A stretch of 64,000 nucleotides of DNA, taken from contig JAFYXN010000013.1 of NCBI GenBank assembly GCA_017546145.1, positions 5,213 through 69,212 of the forward strand, read 5' to 3'. Position 1 is the stretch's first letter. Each line of letters begins with the position of its first letter. The notes below the pieces were generated by a model. It was not told the DNA's origin. It worked only from the letters and a program-made list of their open reading frames with translations, and did not search any database. Positions 45,800 through 55,677 of this stretch are shown piece by piece. Both the position numbers and the translations under genes were made by a program. The DNA comes from Clostridia bacterium. Its GTDB lineage: Bacteria; Bacillota; Clostridia; Monoglobales; Monoglobaceae.

Positions 45800-45938
45800 T
45801 TTCCCAATATCCCCCTTTTGTTTTCCATAATATTATTTCACAAACAAACTTTGGATATACCGAAAATTATTTTCTTTGTTTTAAATTCATAAGGTAAAAT
45901 TTTTTGGCATAAAGTATGTAAAAAAGGGAGGGATTCAG

Positions 45939-46178
45939 TTGAAATGCAGTATAAACGAGCTTAAAACAAAGGAAGTAATAAATGTTTCCGATGGAGCAAG
46001 ACTTGGATTTGTTTCAGACGTTTTGCTTGATTTAAAAGAAGGCAGAATTGTTGCGTTGATTGTTCCGGGAGCATATCGGCTTATGGGCTTTCTTGGAAGA
46101 GATGAAGACGTAATAATTAATTGGGAAAATATCAAAAAAATAGGTGATGATATTATAATTATTGATAATATTTCTTAA
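45939..46178 (+). CDS. YlmC/YmxH-family PRC-barrel sporulation protein
   Basis: 79 aa. ELKTKEVINVSDGARLGFVSDVLLDLKEGRIVALIV..INWENIKKIGDDIIII. The TTG start lies behind AAGGGAGGGA. Confidence 0.8.
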   Translation: MKCSINELKTKEVINVSDGARLGFVSDVLLDLKEGRIVALIVPGAYRLMGFLGRDEDVIINWENIKKIGDDIIIIDNIS

Positions 46179-46214
46179 ATTTTGCACATTTTTTACATTA
46201 TTTATCAAAAGTAC

Positions 46215-46243
46215 TTGAAATATTTTGGGGTGAATGGTATACT
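46215..46243 (+). promoter_or_regulatory. sigma-A-like promoter of pncB
   Basis: TTGAAA, 17-nt spacer, TATACT. The 12-bp palindrome TATATTAATATA lies at 46249-46260. Confidence 0.55.
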
Positions 46244-46294
46244 TATTCTATATTAATATAAGATAATAACAAAAGAAAGGCTGTGGTGATTTTT

Positions 46295-47725
46295 ATGAAT
46301 AATACATTGCTTACCGACTTTTACGAAATAACCATGGCAAACGGCTATTTTAAAAACAATATGCACAGCGAAATTGCATATTTTGATATGTTTTTCAGAA
46401 AAGTTCCTGACAACGCAGGCTTTGCAATTATGGCAGGTGTCGAACAGGTAATAGAATATCTGGAAAACCTTAAATTTGAAAAAGATGATATAGAATTCCT
46501 TCGCGAAAAGGGTATTTTTTGCGAGGAATTTCTTAATTATCTGGCGAATTTTAAGTTTGAATGTGACGTTTGGGCAATCCCTGAGGGTACACCTATTTTC
46601 CCTAACGAGCCGATTCTGACAGTCAGGGGTCCGCTTATTCAGGCGCAGTTTGTTGAGACTATGATTTTGCTCACTGTAAATCACCAAAGTCTTATTGCAA
46701 CTAAGTGCAACCGAATTGTCCGTGCGGCAGAGGGCCGTCCTGTTATGGAATTTGGTTCGCGCCGTGCGCAAGGCACAGGCGGTGCGGTTCTTGGTGCAAG
46801 AGCGGCGTTTATAGGCGGTGCTGCCGGTACAGCATGTACCGTTACGGACAAGCTGTATGGAGTTCCCGCATTGGGAACCATGGCACACAGCTGGATTCAG
46901 TCCTTTGACAGCGAGTATGAGGCTTTCAAAGCGTATGCCCTTGCATATCCTACGCAGTGTACACTTTTGGTCGATACCTATAATGTTTTAAAATCAGGTA
47001 TTCCCAATGCAATACGTGTTTTTGACGAGGTGCTAAAGCCTATGGGTATCAGACCCAAAGGCGTCAGAATAGACAGCGGCGATATAACATATCTCACCAA
47101 GCAAACAAGAAAAATGCTGGATGCAGCAGGATATAGTGATGTGGGAATTGTTGTGTCAAATTCACTGGACGAGCATATTATCCGTGATATTTTAAGACAG
47201 GGCGCGTGTATTGACTCGTTTGGCGTTGGTGAACGCTTGATTACCTCAAAATCAGAACCTGTTTTTGGTGGAGTATATAAAATTGTTGCGGTGGAAAAAA
47301 ACGGCGAAATGATACCAAAAATAAAAATAAGCGAGAACGTTGCCAAAATTACCAACCCTTGCTTTAAAAAGGTATACCGCCTGTTTTCAAACGAGACAGG
47401 AAAAGCCATTGCGGATGTTTTGACCCTTGCGGATGAAGTAATAGACGACAGCCGTGAATATGAAATTTTTGACCCCGAACATACATGGAAAAGAAAGAAA
47501 GTTACAGATTTTCACGCAGTAGAGCTTCAGGTTCCCATTTTTAAACATGGAAAGTGTGTATATAAATCACCCAAGCTTGTTGAAATAAAGAAATTCTGCG
47601 AAGAACAAATCAATACCATCTGGGACGAAGTAAAAAGATTTGAAAATCCCCACGAATATTATGTAGACCTCTCGGAAAAGCTTTGGAATATCAAATACAA
47701 GCTTTTGTCAGAGCATAAGGGGTAA
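46295..47725 (+). CDS. pncB: nicotinate phosphoribosyltransferase
   Basis: LLTDFYEITMANGYF..EFGSRRAQG..GTMAHSWIQ..VRIDSGD. It is collinear with B. subtilis YueK-type NAPRTase. The start is uncertain (ATG 46295 or GTG 46283/46286). Confidence 0.9.
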   Translation: MNNTLLTDFYEITMANGYFKNNMHSEIAYFDMFFRKVPDNAGFAIMAGVEQVIEYLENLKFEKDDIEFLREKGIFCEEFLNYLANFKFECDVWAIPEGTPIFPNEPILTVRGPLIQAQFVETMILLTVNHQSLIATKCNRIVRAAEGRPVMEFGSRRAQGTGGAVLGARAAFIGGAAGTACTVTDKLYGVPALGTMAHSWIQSFDSEYEAFKAYALAYPTQCTLLVDTYNVLKSGIPNAIRVFDEVLKPMGIRPKGVRIDSGDITYLTKQTRKMLDAAGYSDVGIVVSNSLDEHIIRDILRQGACIDSFGVGERLITSKSEPVFGGVYKIVAVEKNGEMIPKIKISENVAKITNPCFKKVYRLFSNETGKAIADVLTLADEVIDDSREYEIFDPEHTWKRKKVTDFHAVELQVPIFKHGKCVYKSPKLVEIKKFCEEQINTIWDEVKRFENPHEYYVDLSEKLWNIKYKLLSEHKG

Positions 47726-47822
47726 ACAGCTTAAGGCAAGCCTTGAAAACTTTTCTTGAACAATGATATGCGATTATAATTAAAGCTTTAAATACATTAC
47801 AAAAAACCAAAGGAGAAATCAA

Positions 47823-48953
47823 ATGAAATCAACAATTGAATCCTACAATCTTGGCCGTCTTGGTGTCATCGGTATGACAGGCTGTGAGAATTTTTGCGAG
47901 AAGGTTGATTATTATCTTAAAACCTTCAATGCCGACGATGTAAACAATCTTGGTACATTTCTTTTGCCTGTTAAGCTTTCAAGATTTGGTACGGGTGAGG
48001 CAAAAGCAACTCTTCTTCATTCTGCAAGAACCTATGATGTTTATATCATAGTTGACTGCTTCAATTATGGTGAAACCTACAAGCTGTACGGAACAGAGAT
48101 TCCCATGAGTCCGGACGACCACTATCAGGATCTTAAAAGAGCCATTTCTGCAATCGGCGGTAAGGCAAAGCGCATAACTGTTATTATGCCTATGCTTTAT
48201 GAAGGTCGTCAGCACAAAAGGTCTTCAAGAGAGTCGCTGGACTGTGCTATGGCACTGCAGGAGCTTTGCAACATAGGCGTTGATAACATTATTACCTTTG
48301 ATGCACATGACCCAAGAGTTCAGAATGCTATACCCCTTAAAGGATTCGAAAATGTTATGCCTACATACCAGATGATAAAGGCTTGTCTTAAGTATGATAA
48401 GGATGTTATTTTAAATAAAGAAAACACATTGATTATTTCTCCTGACGAGGGTGCAATGAGCAGATGTATGTATTATTCGTCTGTTCTTGGCATGGACCTT
48501 GGCATGTTCTATAAGCGCCGTGATTATTCAAAGGTTGTAAACGGCAAAAATCCGATAGTTGCTCACGAATTTTTGGGCAGAGATATTGATGGCAAAAATG
48601 TTATTGTTGTTGATGATATGATTTCTTCAGGCGACTCAATGATAGATGTTGCAAAAGAACTTAAAAAGAGAAAGGCTGCAAGAGTATTTGTGTTCTCTAC
48701 ATTTGGTTTGTTCACCGAAGGCTTTGAGCGCTTTGACAAAGCCTATGAAGAAGGTTTTATTGAAGGAGTGTTTACAACAAATCTTATCTATGCAAAACCT
48801 GAGCTTCTTACAAAACCGTGGTATCATCAGGTTGACATGAGTAAGTATGTTGCTCTTCTTATCAGTGAGCTTAATGCAGAACACTCAATAAGTGAATTAC
48901 TTAATCCTATCAAGAGAATTGAAAAGATTTTGGATAAATACAAGAATATGTAA
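47823..48953 (+). CDS. ribose-phosphate pyrophosphokinase (Prs) family, long divergent paralog
   Basis: 376 aa. RFGTGE (versus RFSDGE), YEGRQHKRS (versus YARQDRK), FDAHD, ISPDEGA and VVDDMISSGDS. Confidence 0.7.
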   Translation: MKSTIESYNLGRLGVIGMTGCENFCEKVDYYLKTFNADDVNNLGTFLLPVKLSRFGTGEAKATLLHSARTYDVYIIVDCFNYGETYKLYGTEIPMSPDDHYQDLKRAISAIGGKAKRITVIMPMLYEGRQHKRSSRESLDCAMALQELCNIGVDNIITFDAHDPRVQNAIPLKGFENVMPTYQMIKACLKYDKDVILNKENTLIISPDEGAMSRCMYYSSVLGMDLGMFYKRRDYSKVVNGKNPIVAHEFLGRDIDGKNVIVVDDMISSGDSMIDVAKELKKRKAARVFVFSTFGLFTEGFERFDKAYEEGFIEGVFTTNLIYAKPELLTKPWYHQVDMSKYVALLISELNAEHSISELLNPIKRIEKILDKYKNM

Positions 48954-48971
48954 GACCGACAGAGGTATTAA

Positions 48972-49790
48972 ATGATTAGATTACAAAAATTTCTCGCAAA
49001 TGCCGGAGTGGCATCAAGGCGTGGTGCCGAAAAAATTATAGCCGAAGGCAGAGTATCTGTAAATGATCAGATAATCCGTGAGATGGGTGTGCAGATTGAT
49101 GAAAACTATGATGTGGTCAAGCTGGACGGCGAGATAATAAAACACGCCGAAAAGAAAGTCTATATCATGCTCAATAAGCCGGTTGGATTTATAACAACCG
49201 TGTCTGACGATAAAGGTCGTCCAACTGTAATGGAATTGGTATCCGACATTTCATCAAGGATTTATCCGGTGGGCAGGCTTGATTATGATACAGAGGGTCT
49301 GTTGCTTCTTACAAATGACGGGGACCTTACATTCAGGATAACTCATCCTAAGCATGATATTGCAAAAACTTATGTCGCCGAAGTTACCGGTGACGTCAGT
49401 ATGGATACTATAATTCAATTGCGGCGCGGCGTTATGCTTGATGGTCAAAAAACCAGCCCTGCAGAGGTAGAGGTTGTTGGTGCAACACAGTATGGTACAA
49501 AAATAGAAATTACAATACATGAGGGCAGAAACAGACAGGTAAGAAGGATGTTTGAAGCTTTGGGTTGTGTTGTAAAAAAGCTTAAAAGAACAAAGGAAGC
49601 GGGTCTTACATTGGGACATCTTCCTGTGGGAAAATGGCGCAAACTCAGTGAATCTGAGGTGAATATGCTAAAAAAGATCGAGGCAGTATCTTCTTCAAAA
49701 AGCAAATCCGTTATTTCGCAGGGAAGAAAATCTGTAAAGCCGTTTAGCAGAAACACTAACCGAAAAAACACACCCAAAAGGGGCAGGTAA
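48972..49790 (+). CDS. rluB: 23S/16S rRNA pseudouridine synthase, RsuA/RluB family
   Basis: The S4 domain is RLQKFLANAGVASRR and the catalytic motif is GRLDYDTEGLLLLTNDG. The C-terminal tail is basic. Confidence 0.85.
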   Translation: MIRLQKFLANAGVASRRGAEKIIAEGRVSVNDQIIREMGVQIDENYDVVKLDGEIIKHAEKKVYIMLNKPVGFITTVSDDKGRPTVMELVSDISSRIYPVGRLDYDTEGLLLLTNDGDLTFRITHPKHDIAKTYVAEVTGDVSMDTIIQLRRGVMLDGQKTSPAEVEVVGATQYGTKIEITIHEGRNRQVRRMFEALGCVVKKLKRTKEAGLTLGHLPVGKWRKLSESEVNMLKKIEAVSSSKSKSVISQGRKSVKPFSRNTNRKNTPKRGR

Positions 49791-49795
49791 AAGTT

Positions 49796-51037
49796 ATGAG
49801 TGAAATTACAGCAGATGTTGTTGTTATAGGTGGCGGTGCTGCAGGAATGATGGCTGCAGGTACAGCTGCCGGACGAGGTAAAAAAGTTATTCTTATAGAG
49901 AAAAATCGTATTTTGGGCAAAAAAATGCTGATTACCGGCAAAGGTCGCTGTAATATTACCAATGCGTGTGAGGATGTTGAAACGCTTCTTGAAAATGTTA
50001 CGGTAAATCATACATTTCTATACAGTGCTTTTTACGGTTTTACAAATGCTGATACAGTAACTTTTTTTAATAATTTAGGTGTTGAAACAAAGGTTGAACG
50101 GGGAAACAGAGTTTTCCCCGTTTCTGACAAAAGTTTGGATGTTGTAGAGGCGATGTCAAGATTTATTAAGCACAGCGGAGTAAAAGTAATCCACGATTCG
50201 GTAAATGAAGTTCTGACAGAAACAAATGGTTCTGTATGTGCTGTTTTAACAAGTAAGCACGGAAGGATTTCGGCTAAATCGGTGATTGTTGCAACGGGTG
50301 GACTTTCATATCAGGGTACAGGTTCGACCGGTGATGGATATGCTTTTGCAAAAAAGCTTGGGCATACGGTTACAGATATAATTCCTTCACTTGTTCCTTT
50401 GAAGGTTGCTGAAAGCTGGGTGTATGACCTTATGGGTACTTCGCTGAAGAATATAGAGATAACAGTTGTAAATAAAAACAACAAAAAAATATATAAAGAT
50501 TTCGGCGAAATGATGTTTGCGCATTTTGGTCTTACCGGACCGGTTATACTAAGTGCATCTGCACATCTTAGACCAATGATGCCGGATGAGTATAAGATTA
50601 TACTTGACCTCAAGCCTGCACTAAGCGAAAAAGAGCTTGATACAAGACTACTCAGAGATTTTCAAAAGTTTAATAACAGAGATTTCGTAAACAGCCTTGG
50701 CGATTTGCTTCCGCAAAAGCTTATATACATAGTCATAAGCCTTTCGGGAATTGAGCCAAGAAAAAAGGTTAATTCAATCACAAAAGAAGAAAGAAAAAGG
50801 CTTATTTCTGTAATTAAAGGCATAGAATTTAATGTTACAGATTTTTGTCCGATTGAGCAGGCAATAATTACTTCGGGCGGTGTTTCGGTCAAAGAGATTG
50901 ATTCATCCACAATGGAATCAAAAAAAATTCCGGGACTTTTCTTTGCCGGTGAAATAATTGATGTGGATGCTTATACAGGAGGATTTAATCTTCAGATTGC
51001 TTTTTCCACAGGGCGTCTGGCCGGGCTTTCATGCTGA
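49796..51037 (+). CDS. NAD(P)/FAD-dependent oxidoreductase, HI0933/BaiN-like
   Basis: 413 aa. VVVIGGGAAGMMAA..ITGKGRCNITN..TGGLSY..FAGEIIDVDAYTGGFNLQ. Confidence 0.8.
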   Translation: MSEITADVVVIGGGAAGMMAAGTAAGRGKKVILIEKNRILGKKMLITGKGRCNITNACEDVETLLENVTVNHTFLYSAFYGFTNADTVTFFNNLGVETKVERGNRVFPVSDKSLDVVEAMSRFIKHSGVKVIHDSVNEVLTETNGSVCAVLTSKHGRISAKSVIVATGGLSYQGTGSTGDGYAFAKKLGHTVTDIIPSLVPLKVAESWVYDLMGTSLKNIEITVVNKNNKKIYKDFGEMMFAHFGLTGPVILSASAHLRPMMPDEYKIILDLKPALSEKELDTRLLRDFQKFNNRDFVNSLGDLLPQKLIYIVISLSGIEPRKKVNSITKEERKRLISVIKGIEFNVTDFCPIEQAIITSGGVSVKEIDSSTMESKKIPGLFFAGEIIDVDAYTGGFNLQIAFSTGRLAGLSC

Positions 51038-51101
51038 TGCATTCTCTTGAAAACCGCACTGAAAAAAATCTCAAAAATTTGCCTTTTTTGTCAAAAAAAT
51101 A

Positions 51102-51130
51102 TTGCATATACAAATCTGTTGTGATATAAT
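51102..51130 (+). promoter_or_regulatory. sigma-A promoter with an extended -10 (gdhA)
   Basis: TTGCAT, 17-nt spacer ending in TGA, TATAAT. Confidence 0.6.
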
Positions 51131-51173
51131 ATTTTGAAAAGTAATTTTATTTATCAATTAGGAGATGGTTACA

Positions 51174-52529
51174 GTGAGTATCAAAAACGAATACTTAAAG
51201 CGTGTCTACGAAACAGTAGAAAAGCGCAATGCAGGCGAAAGCGAATTTTTGCAGGCAGTATATGAGGTTTTAGAATCTTTGGAGCCTGTTATTGAACAGC
51301 ATCCTGAATACGAAGCAGCAGGTCTTATTGAAAGACTGGTTGAACCCGAAAGAGTTATTACATTCCGTGTTCCTTGGGTTGACGATAACGGCAAGGTTCA
51401 GGTAAACAGAGGTTACAGAGTTCAGTTTAACAGCGCAATCGGTCCGTATAAGGGTGGACTCAGATTTGCTCCAAATGTATATGCGGGTATTATTAAGTTC
51501 CTCGGCTTTGAGCAAATCTTTAAAAATTCACTTACTGGTCTTCCTATCGGCGGCGGCAAGGGCGGTTCTGACTTTGACCCCAATGGTAAATCAGATGCAG
51601 AAGTTATGAGATTCTGTCAGTCATTCATGACAGAGCTTTACAGACATATCGGTGCAAATACCGACGTTCCTGCAGGTGACCTTGGTGTTGGCGCAAGAGA
51701 AATCGGATATCTCTTCGGTCAGTACAAAAGACTTAAGGATGTATACGAAGGCGTACTTACAGGTAAAGGTATTCCTTATGGCGGACTTAAAGGAAGAACA
51801 GAGGCAACAGGCTATGGTATTGTATTCTTTGCAAGAGAAATGCTCAAGCGTTTTGGCGAAGAACTTAAGGGCAAGGAAGTTGTTGTTTCGGGTTTTGGTA
51901 ATGTTTCATGGGGTACCGTACAGAAGCTTAATCAGCTTGGTGCAAAGGTTATTACAATTTCAGGTCCCGATGGTTACATATATGATCCCGACGGTGTAAC
52001 AGCAGGTGAAAAGGAAGATTATCTCCTTGAACTTCGTGCATCAGGTAAAAACATCTGTGCGCCTTATGCAGAAAAGTTCCCCAATGCAAAATTCTTCCCG
52101 GGCGAAAAGCCTTGGGGTGTTAAAGCTGACCTTTACATACCTTGTGCAACACAGAATGAAATCGGCATGGAGGAAGCAAAGGCTATGGTTGCTGCCGGTT
52201 GTAAGTTCCTTTGCGAAGGTTCAAATATGCCCACAACAAACGAAGCTGTTGCATACCTTCGCGACAACGGCGTAGTTATTGGTCCTGCAAAGGCAGCAAA
52301 TGCCGGCGGCGTTGCATGCTCATGCATTGAGATGGGTCAGAATGCAGGCCATACAGTATTTGCACCTGATCAGGTATACGCACAGCTTGAAAGCATCATG
52401 ATTAATATTCATGACAGTGCTGCTGCAGCTGCTGAAAAGTACGGTTTTGGATACAACCTTGTTGCAGGCGCAAATATTGCAGGCTTTGAAAAGATTGCAA
52501 GTGCTATGATGGCTCAGGGTATTGTTTAA
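51174..52529 (+). CDS. gdhA: NADP-specific glutamate dehydrogenase
   Basis: QFNSAIGPYKGGLRF..GGGKGGSDFDP..GVGAREIGY. I prefer the GTG at 51174, 9 nt after AGGAGA. The ATG at 51165 overlaps the RBS. Confidence 0.9.
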   Translation: MSIKNEYLKRVYETVEKRNAGESEFLQAVYEVLESLEPVIEQHPEYEAAGLIERLVEPERVITFRVPWVDDNGKVQVNRGYRVQFNSAIGPYKGGLRFAPNVYAGIIKFLGFEQIFKNSLTGLPIGGGKGGSDFDPNGKSDAEVMRFCQSFMTELYRHIGANTDVPAGDLGVGAREIGYLFGQYKRLKDVYEGVLTGKGIPYGGLKGRTEATGYGIVFFAREMLKRFGEELKGKEVVVSGFGNVSWGTVQKLNQLGAKVITISGPDGYIYDPDGVTAGEKEDYLLELRASGKNICAPYAEKFPNAKFFPGEKPWGVKADLYIPCATQNEIGMEEAKAMVAAGCKFLCEGSNMPTTNEAVAYLRDNGVVIGPAKAANAGGVACSCIEMGQNAGHTVFAPDQVYAQLESIMINIHDSAAAAAEKYGFGYNLVAGANIAGFEKIASAMMAQGIV

Positions 52530-52554
52530 TTAACCAATAAAGAAGTTTTTACTG

Positions 52555-52583
52555 CGGGCAGAATGTTTTTCTGCCCGTTGTTT
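52555..52583 (+). terminator. intrinsic terminator after gdhA
   Basis: CGGGCAGAA-N5-TTCTGCCCG followed by TTGTTT. Confidence 0.7.
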
Positions 52584-52626
52584 ATCTTATAGGTAATTTT
52601 TACTTTAAAAGGAAAGGTTGACGTAT

Positions 52627-53175
52627 ATGGTATTTAACGAAAAAACCATTACTTCCGAAAAAAAGTTTGAAGGACGTATATTCGATGTCAGGGTCGAAAC
52701 AGTAGAGCTTCCAGATGGCAAAACCGGTTATCGTGAGCTTGTTGACCATCCGGGCGGCGTGGGTATTCTTGCAATTACAAACGATAATAAAATTATTATG
52801 GTTTCGCAATACCGAAAAGCGGTAGAAAAGGAGTTACTTGAAATTCCGGCAGGAAAGCTTGAACGCGGCGAAGACCCTCTTGAGTGCGGTATTCGCGAGC
52901 TTGAAGAGGAAACCGGGTATAAAGCAAAAGAATTTATACCTCTTGGCTATCTTTATCCGTCACCGGGGTTTGCCAATGAAACAACATATTTGTTTCTTGC
53001 AAAAGGTCTGTACACTGGAAAAGTAAACCCTGACGAGGACGAATATCTTGATATTTTAGAGTATGACATACATGAGGTTTGGGACAAAATAATGGCTAAT
53101 GAAATAACTGACGCAAAAACTGTTATTGCATTTTTTAAAGGAATGACAATTTTAAAAAACAAATTGGAATTTTAG
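52627..53175 (+). CDS. NUDIX hydrolase, ADP-ribose pyrophosphatase type
   Basis: The Nudix box is GKLERGEDPLECGIRELEEETGY. The N-terminal region (F.GRIFDVRVETVELPDG) is typical of NudF. Confidence 0.8.
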   Translation: MVFNEKTITSEKKFEGRIFDVRVETVELPDGKTGYRELVDHPGGVGILAITNDNKIIMVSQYRKAVEKELLEIPAGKLERGEDPLECGIRELEEETGYKAKEFIPLGYLYPSPGFANETTYLFLAKGLYTGKVNPDEDEYLDILEYDIHEVWDKIMANEITDAKTVIAFFKGMTILKNKLEF

Positions 53176-53184
53176 GAGATTACT

Positions 53185-53553
53185 ATGGAAAAGAAAAAAG
53201 TTAAGGTTCTTATAAACGGTGCAGAGTACACCTTGGTAACAGCCGAACCCGCAGAGTATGTTCAAAGAGTTGCGGTAAAGGTGGATAAGACGCTTTCAGA
53301 AATTTCTGTTGCCAATCCCCGGCTCAGTACAGCTATGCTCGGAATGCTTACATCCATAAATTTGGCAGACGAGCTTCTTAGACTTGAAGATTCAGCAGAC
53401 AATCTCAGAAAGCAGATAGCTGAATATTCAAAAAGTGAAATTCAGTTATCAACACAGGTTTCTGAAAAGACTGCCAGAATTGAAACTTTAGAGAAACTGG
53501 TTCAGGAGATTCAGATTGAACTTGCAAAAAGTTCTGCAAGAAACGGTTACTAA
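53185..53553 (+). CDS. zapA: cell division protein ZapA
   Basis: 122 aa. VKVLINGAEYTL plus a C-terminal coiled coil. Confidence 0.8.
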   Translation: MEKKKVKVLINGAEYTLVTAEPAEYVQRVAVKVDKTLSEISVANPRLSTAMLGMLTSINLADELLRLEDSADNLRKQIAEYSKSEIQLSTQVSEKTARIETLEKLVQEIQIELAKSSARNGY

Positions 53554-53573
53554 ATTAAAAGGATTGAAAATAA

Positions 53574-55658
53574 ATGAATAAAATTGAGTTGCTTGCCCCT
53601 GCAGGTAATTTCGCCTGCTTAGTTGCAGCGGTTCAAAACGGAGCAGATGCGGTGTATCTTTCGGGCAAGGCGTTTGGTGCAAGAAGCTTTGCTGATAATT
53701 TTGATAAGCTTGAACTCGAAAAAGCGGTAGATTACTGCCACTTGCGTGATACAAAAATTTATGTAACAGTAAATACTCTTGTTTCGGATAGTGAGATGTC
53801 TGAACTGAGAGAATATCTCGTTTTTCTTAATAATATAGGCGTCGATGCAATAATTGTACAGGATATGGGCGTTGTCAAAATTGCACGAAAAATTGTTCCT
53901 GAACTGCCTATTCACGCAAGCACGCAAATGACAGTGCATAATTCTGACGGCGTAAAAATGCTTGAAGCTCTGAATATTAAAAGAGTTGTTCTTGCCAGAG
54001 AAGTTTCAATTGAAAATATAAAAGAAATTGCGGAAAAAACAAAAGCAGAGCTTGAAGTGTTTGCGCACGGAGCTTTGTGTATGTGCTATTCAGGCCAGTG
54101 CCTTATGAGCAGCATAATAGGCGGGCGCTCCGGCAATCGCGGCAAATGTGCGCAACCATGCAGGCTTCCTTATAGTATAAATAACGGCAAATCAAAAAAA
54201 TTCTTTATGAGTCTTAAGGATTTGTCATCTATTGAACACATAGGCACTTTGTCTGAAATCGGGGTATCATCTCTTAAAATTGAAGGAAGAATGAAAGGCG
54301 CTGCATACGTTGCTGCAGTTGTGGGGATATACAGAAAGTATATTGACAATCCACATCCGGTTGAAAAATCAGACCTTGAATTGCTTGACCGGATATTCAA
54401 CCGCGGAGGGGTTACAGACGGATATTTAACACACAAGCCTGGCAAAGAGATGTTTGCATTTGATAAGCCGGATAATCCTTATCTTAAGGGGTCAGACGCA
54501 ATTAAACAAGAGCTTTTGAATAAAATTAAATCAGAAACACGCAAAATATCGCTTAGTTGCTGTGTAAAAATTCGACTTGGAGAAAATCCCAGTATTACAA
54601 TCAGCGGCACAAATATATTTGAAGAATATATTTGTGATACGATTGTTGAAAAAGCTCAAAAAATACCTATTACAGAGGAAACAGTCAAGTTGCAGATAAG
54701 CAAAACGGGCGGAACGCCCTTTGAGTTTTCTGAGATGAAAATCGAACTTGACGATGGTGTGTTTGTTACTGCAGCCACGCTTAATTCGATGCGCCGAACT
54801 GCGCTTGAACGCTTTAAGCAAAAACTGATAAAATCATTTAAAAGACAAAATCCTGAACCTGTTGAAGAATTTGTCAACAACAATACTGAAACGCACAGTG
54901 GCTTTGTGTGTGAAGTAACATCTTTTGAGCAATTTGAGGCAGCAAAAAACGAAGACTTTACCCAATTTTATATTCCGCTGCAAATAATCGAACAAAACCT
55001 TGATGCAATAACTCCGTATAAAGAAAAAACAGTAATTGTTTTACCGGCGATTATTCAAGAAGATGCTGCAACAAATATTTATAACAGAGCAAAATTGTTG
55101 CTTGATAAAGGCTTTTATGCAGTTCTGGCATTAAATCTTTCGCAAATACAAGCTTTTAAAAATTATAGGGTTTTGGGCGGATTCAGACTTAATATATTTA
55201 ATTCAGATGCTCTTGAGTTTTATAAATCTGTGGGTCTTGAAGCTGCAGAACTGTCGCCGGAACTTAATTTGCGGCAGATAGAAAAAATAAAAAAAGTAAT
55301 TTCGGTGCAGACTATGGTCTATGGAAGACTTCCGCTCATGGTGACCGAAAATTGTATAATACGAAACGACTCCAAGTGCCCTTGTACTGGTAATAACAAA
55401 ATAATTGACCGCTTGGGTATGGTTTTTCCGGTAATAAAAGACGGGGCGTCCTGCCGCAGCGTAATTTTAAACTGCAAAAAGACTTTTATGGGATTTGATT
55501 TAGACAAATTAAATAATGCAGGGGTGGGCTTGTTCAGAATTTATTTCACGGATGAAACGCCCGAAGAATGTGCTCGTATATGTAATACTTTTTTCAGAAA
55601 CGAAAAGTATCGACCGCAGGATTTTACAGGCGGTCACTATTCAAAAGGTGTACAATAA
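53574..55658 (+). CDS. peptidase U32 family protein (long form with a DUF3656-like C-terminus)
   Basis: ELLAPAGN..AVQNGADAVYL..HASTQM..EVFAHGALCMCYSGQCLMSS..RSGNRGKCAQPCR. Confidence 0.85.
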   Translation: MNKIELLAPAGNFACLVAAVQNGADAVYLSGKAFGARSFADNFDKLELEKAVDYCHLRDTKIYVTVNTLVSDSEMSELREYLVFLNNIGVDAIIVQDMGVVKIARKIVPELPIHASTQMTVHNSDGVKMLEALNIKRVVLAREVSIENIKEIAEKTKAELEVFAHGALCMCYSGQCLMSSIIGGRSGNRGKCAQPCRLPYSINNGKSKKFFMSLKDLSSIEHIGTLSEIGVSSLKIEGRMKGAAYVAAVVGIYRKYIDNPHPVEKSDLELLDRIFNRGGVTDGYLTHKPGKEMFAFDKPDNPYLKGSDAIKQELLNKIKSETRKISLSCCVKIRLGENPSITISGTNIFEEYICDTIVEKAQKIPITEETVKLQISKTGGTPFEFSEMKIELDDGVFVTAATLNSMRRTALERFKQKLIKSFKRQNPEPVEEFVNNNTETHSGFVCEVTSFEQFEAAKNEDFTQFYIPLQIIEQNLDAITPYKEKTVIVLPAIIQEDAATNIYNRAKLLLDKGFYAVLALNLSQIQAFKNYRVLGGFRLNIFNSDALEFYKSVGLEAAELSPELNLRQIEKIKKVISVQTMVYGRLPLMVTENCIIRNDSKCPCTGNNKIIDRLGMVFPVIKDGASCRSVILNCKKTFMGFDLDKLNNAGVGLFRIYFTDETPEECARICNTFFRNEKYRPQDFTGGHYSKGVQ

Positions 55659-55677
55659 CCTACAAAGGAAGCGTGTA

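Noticed and set aside
46253-46888. 211-aa minus-strand ORF
   Set aside because: It is a shadow ORF antisense to pncB, rich in Cys and Arg, with no recognisable domain.
49445-50011. 188-aa minus-strand ORF
   Set aside because: It is antisense across the junction of rluB and the flavoprotein gene, both of which have strong motif support.
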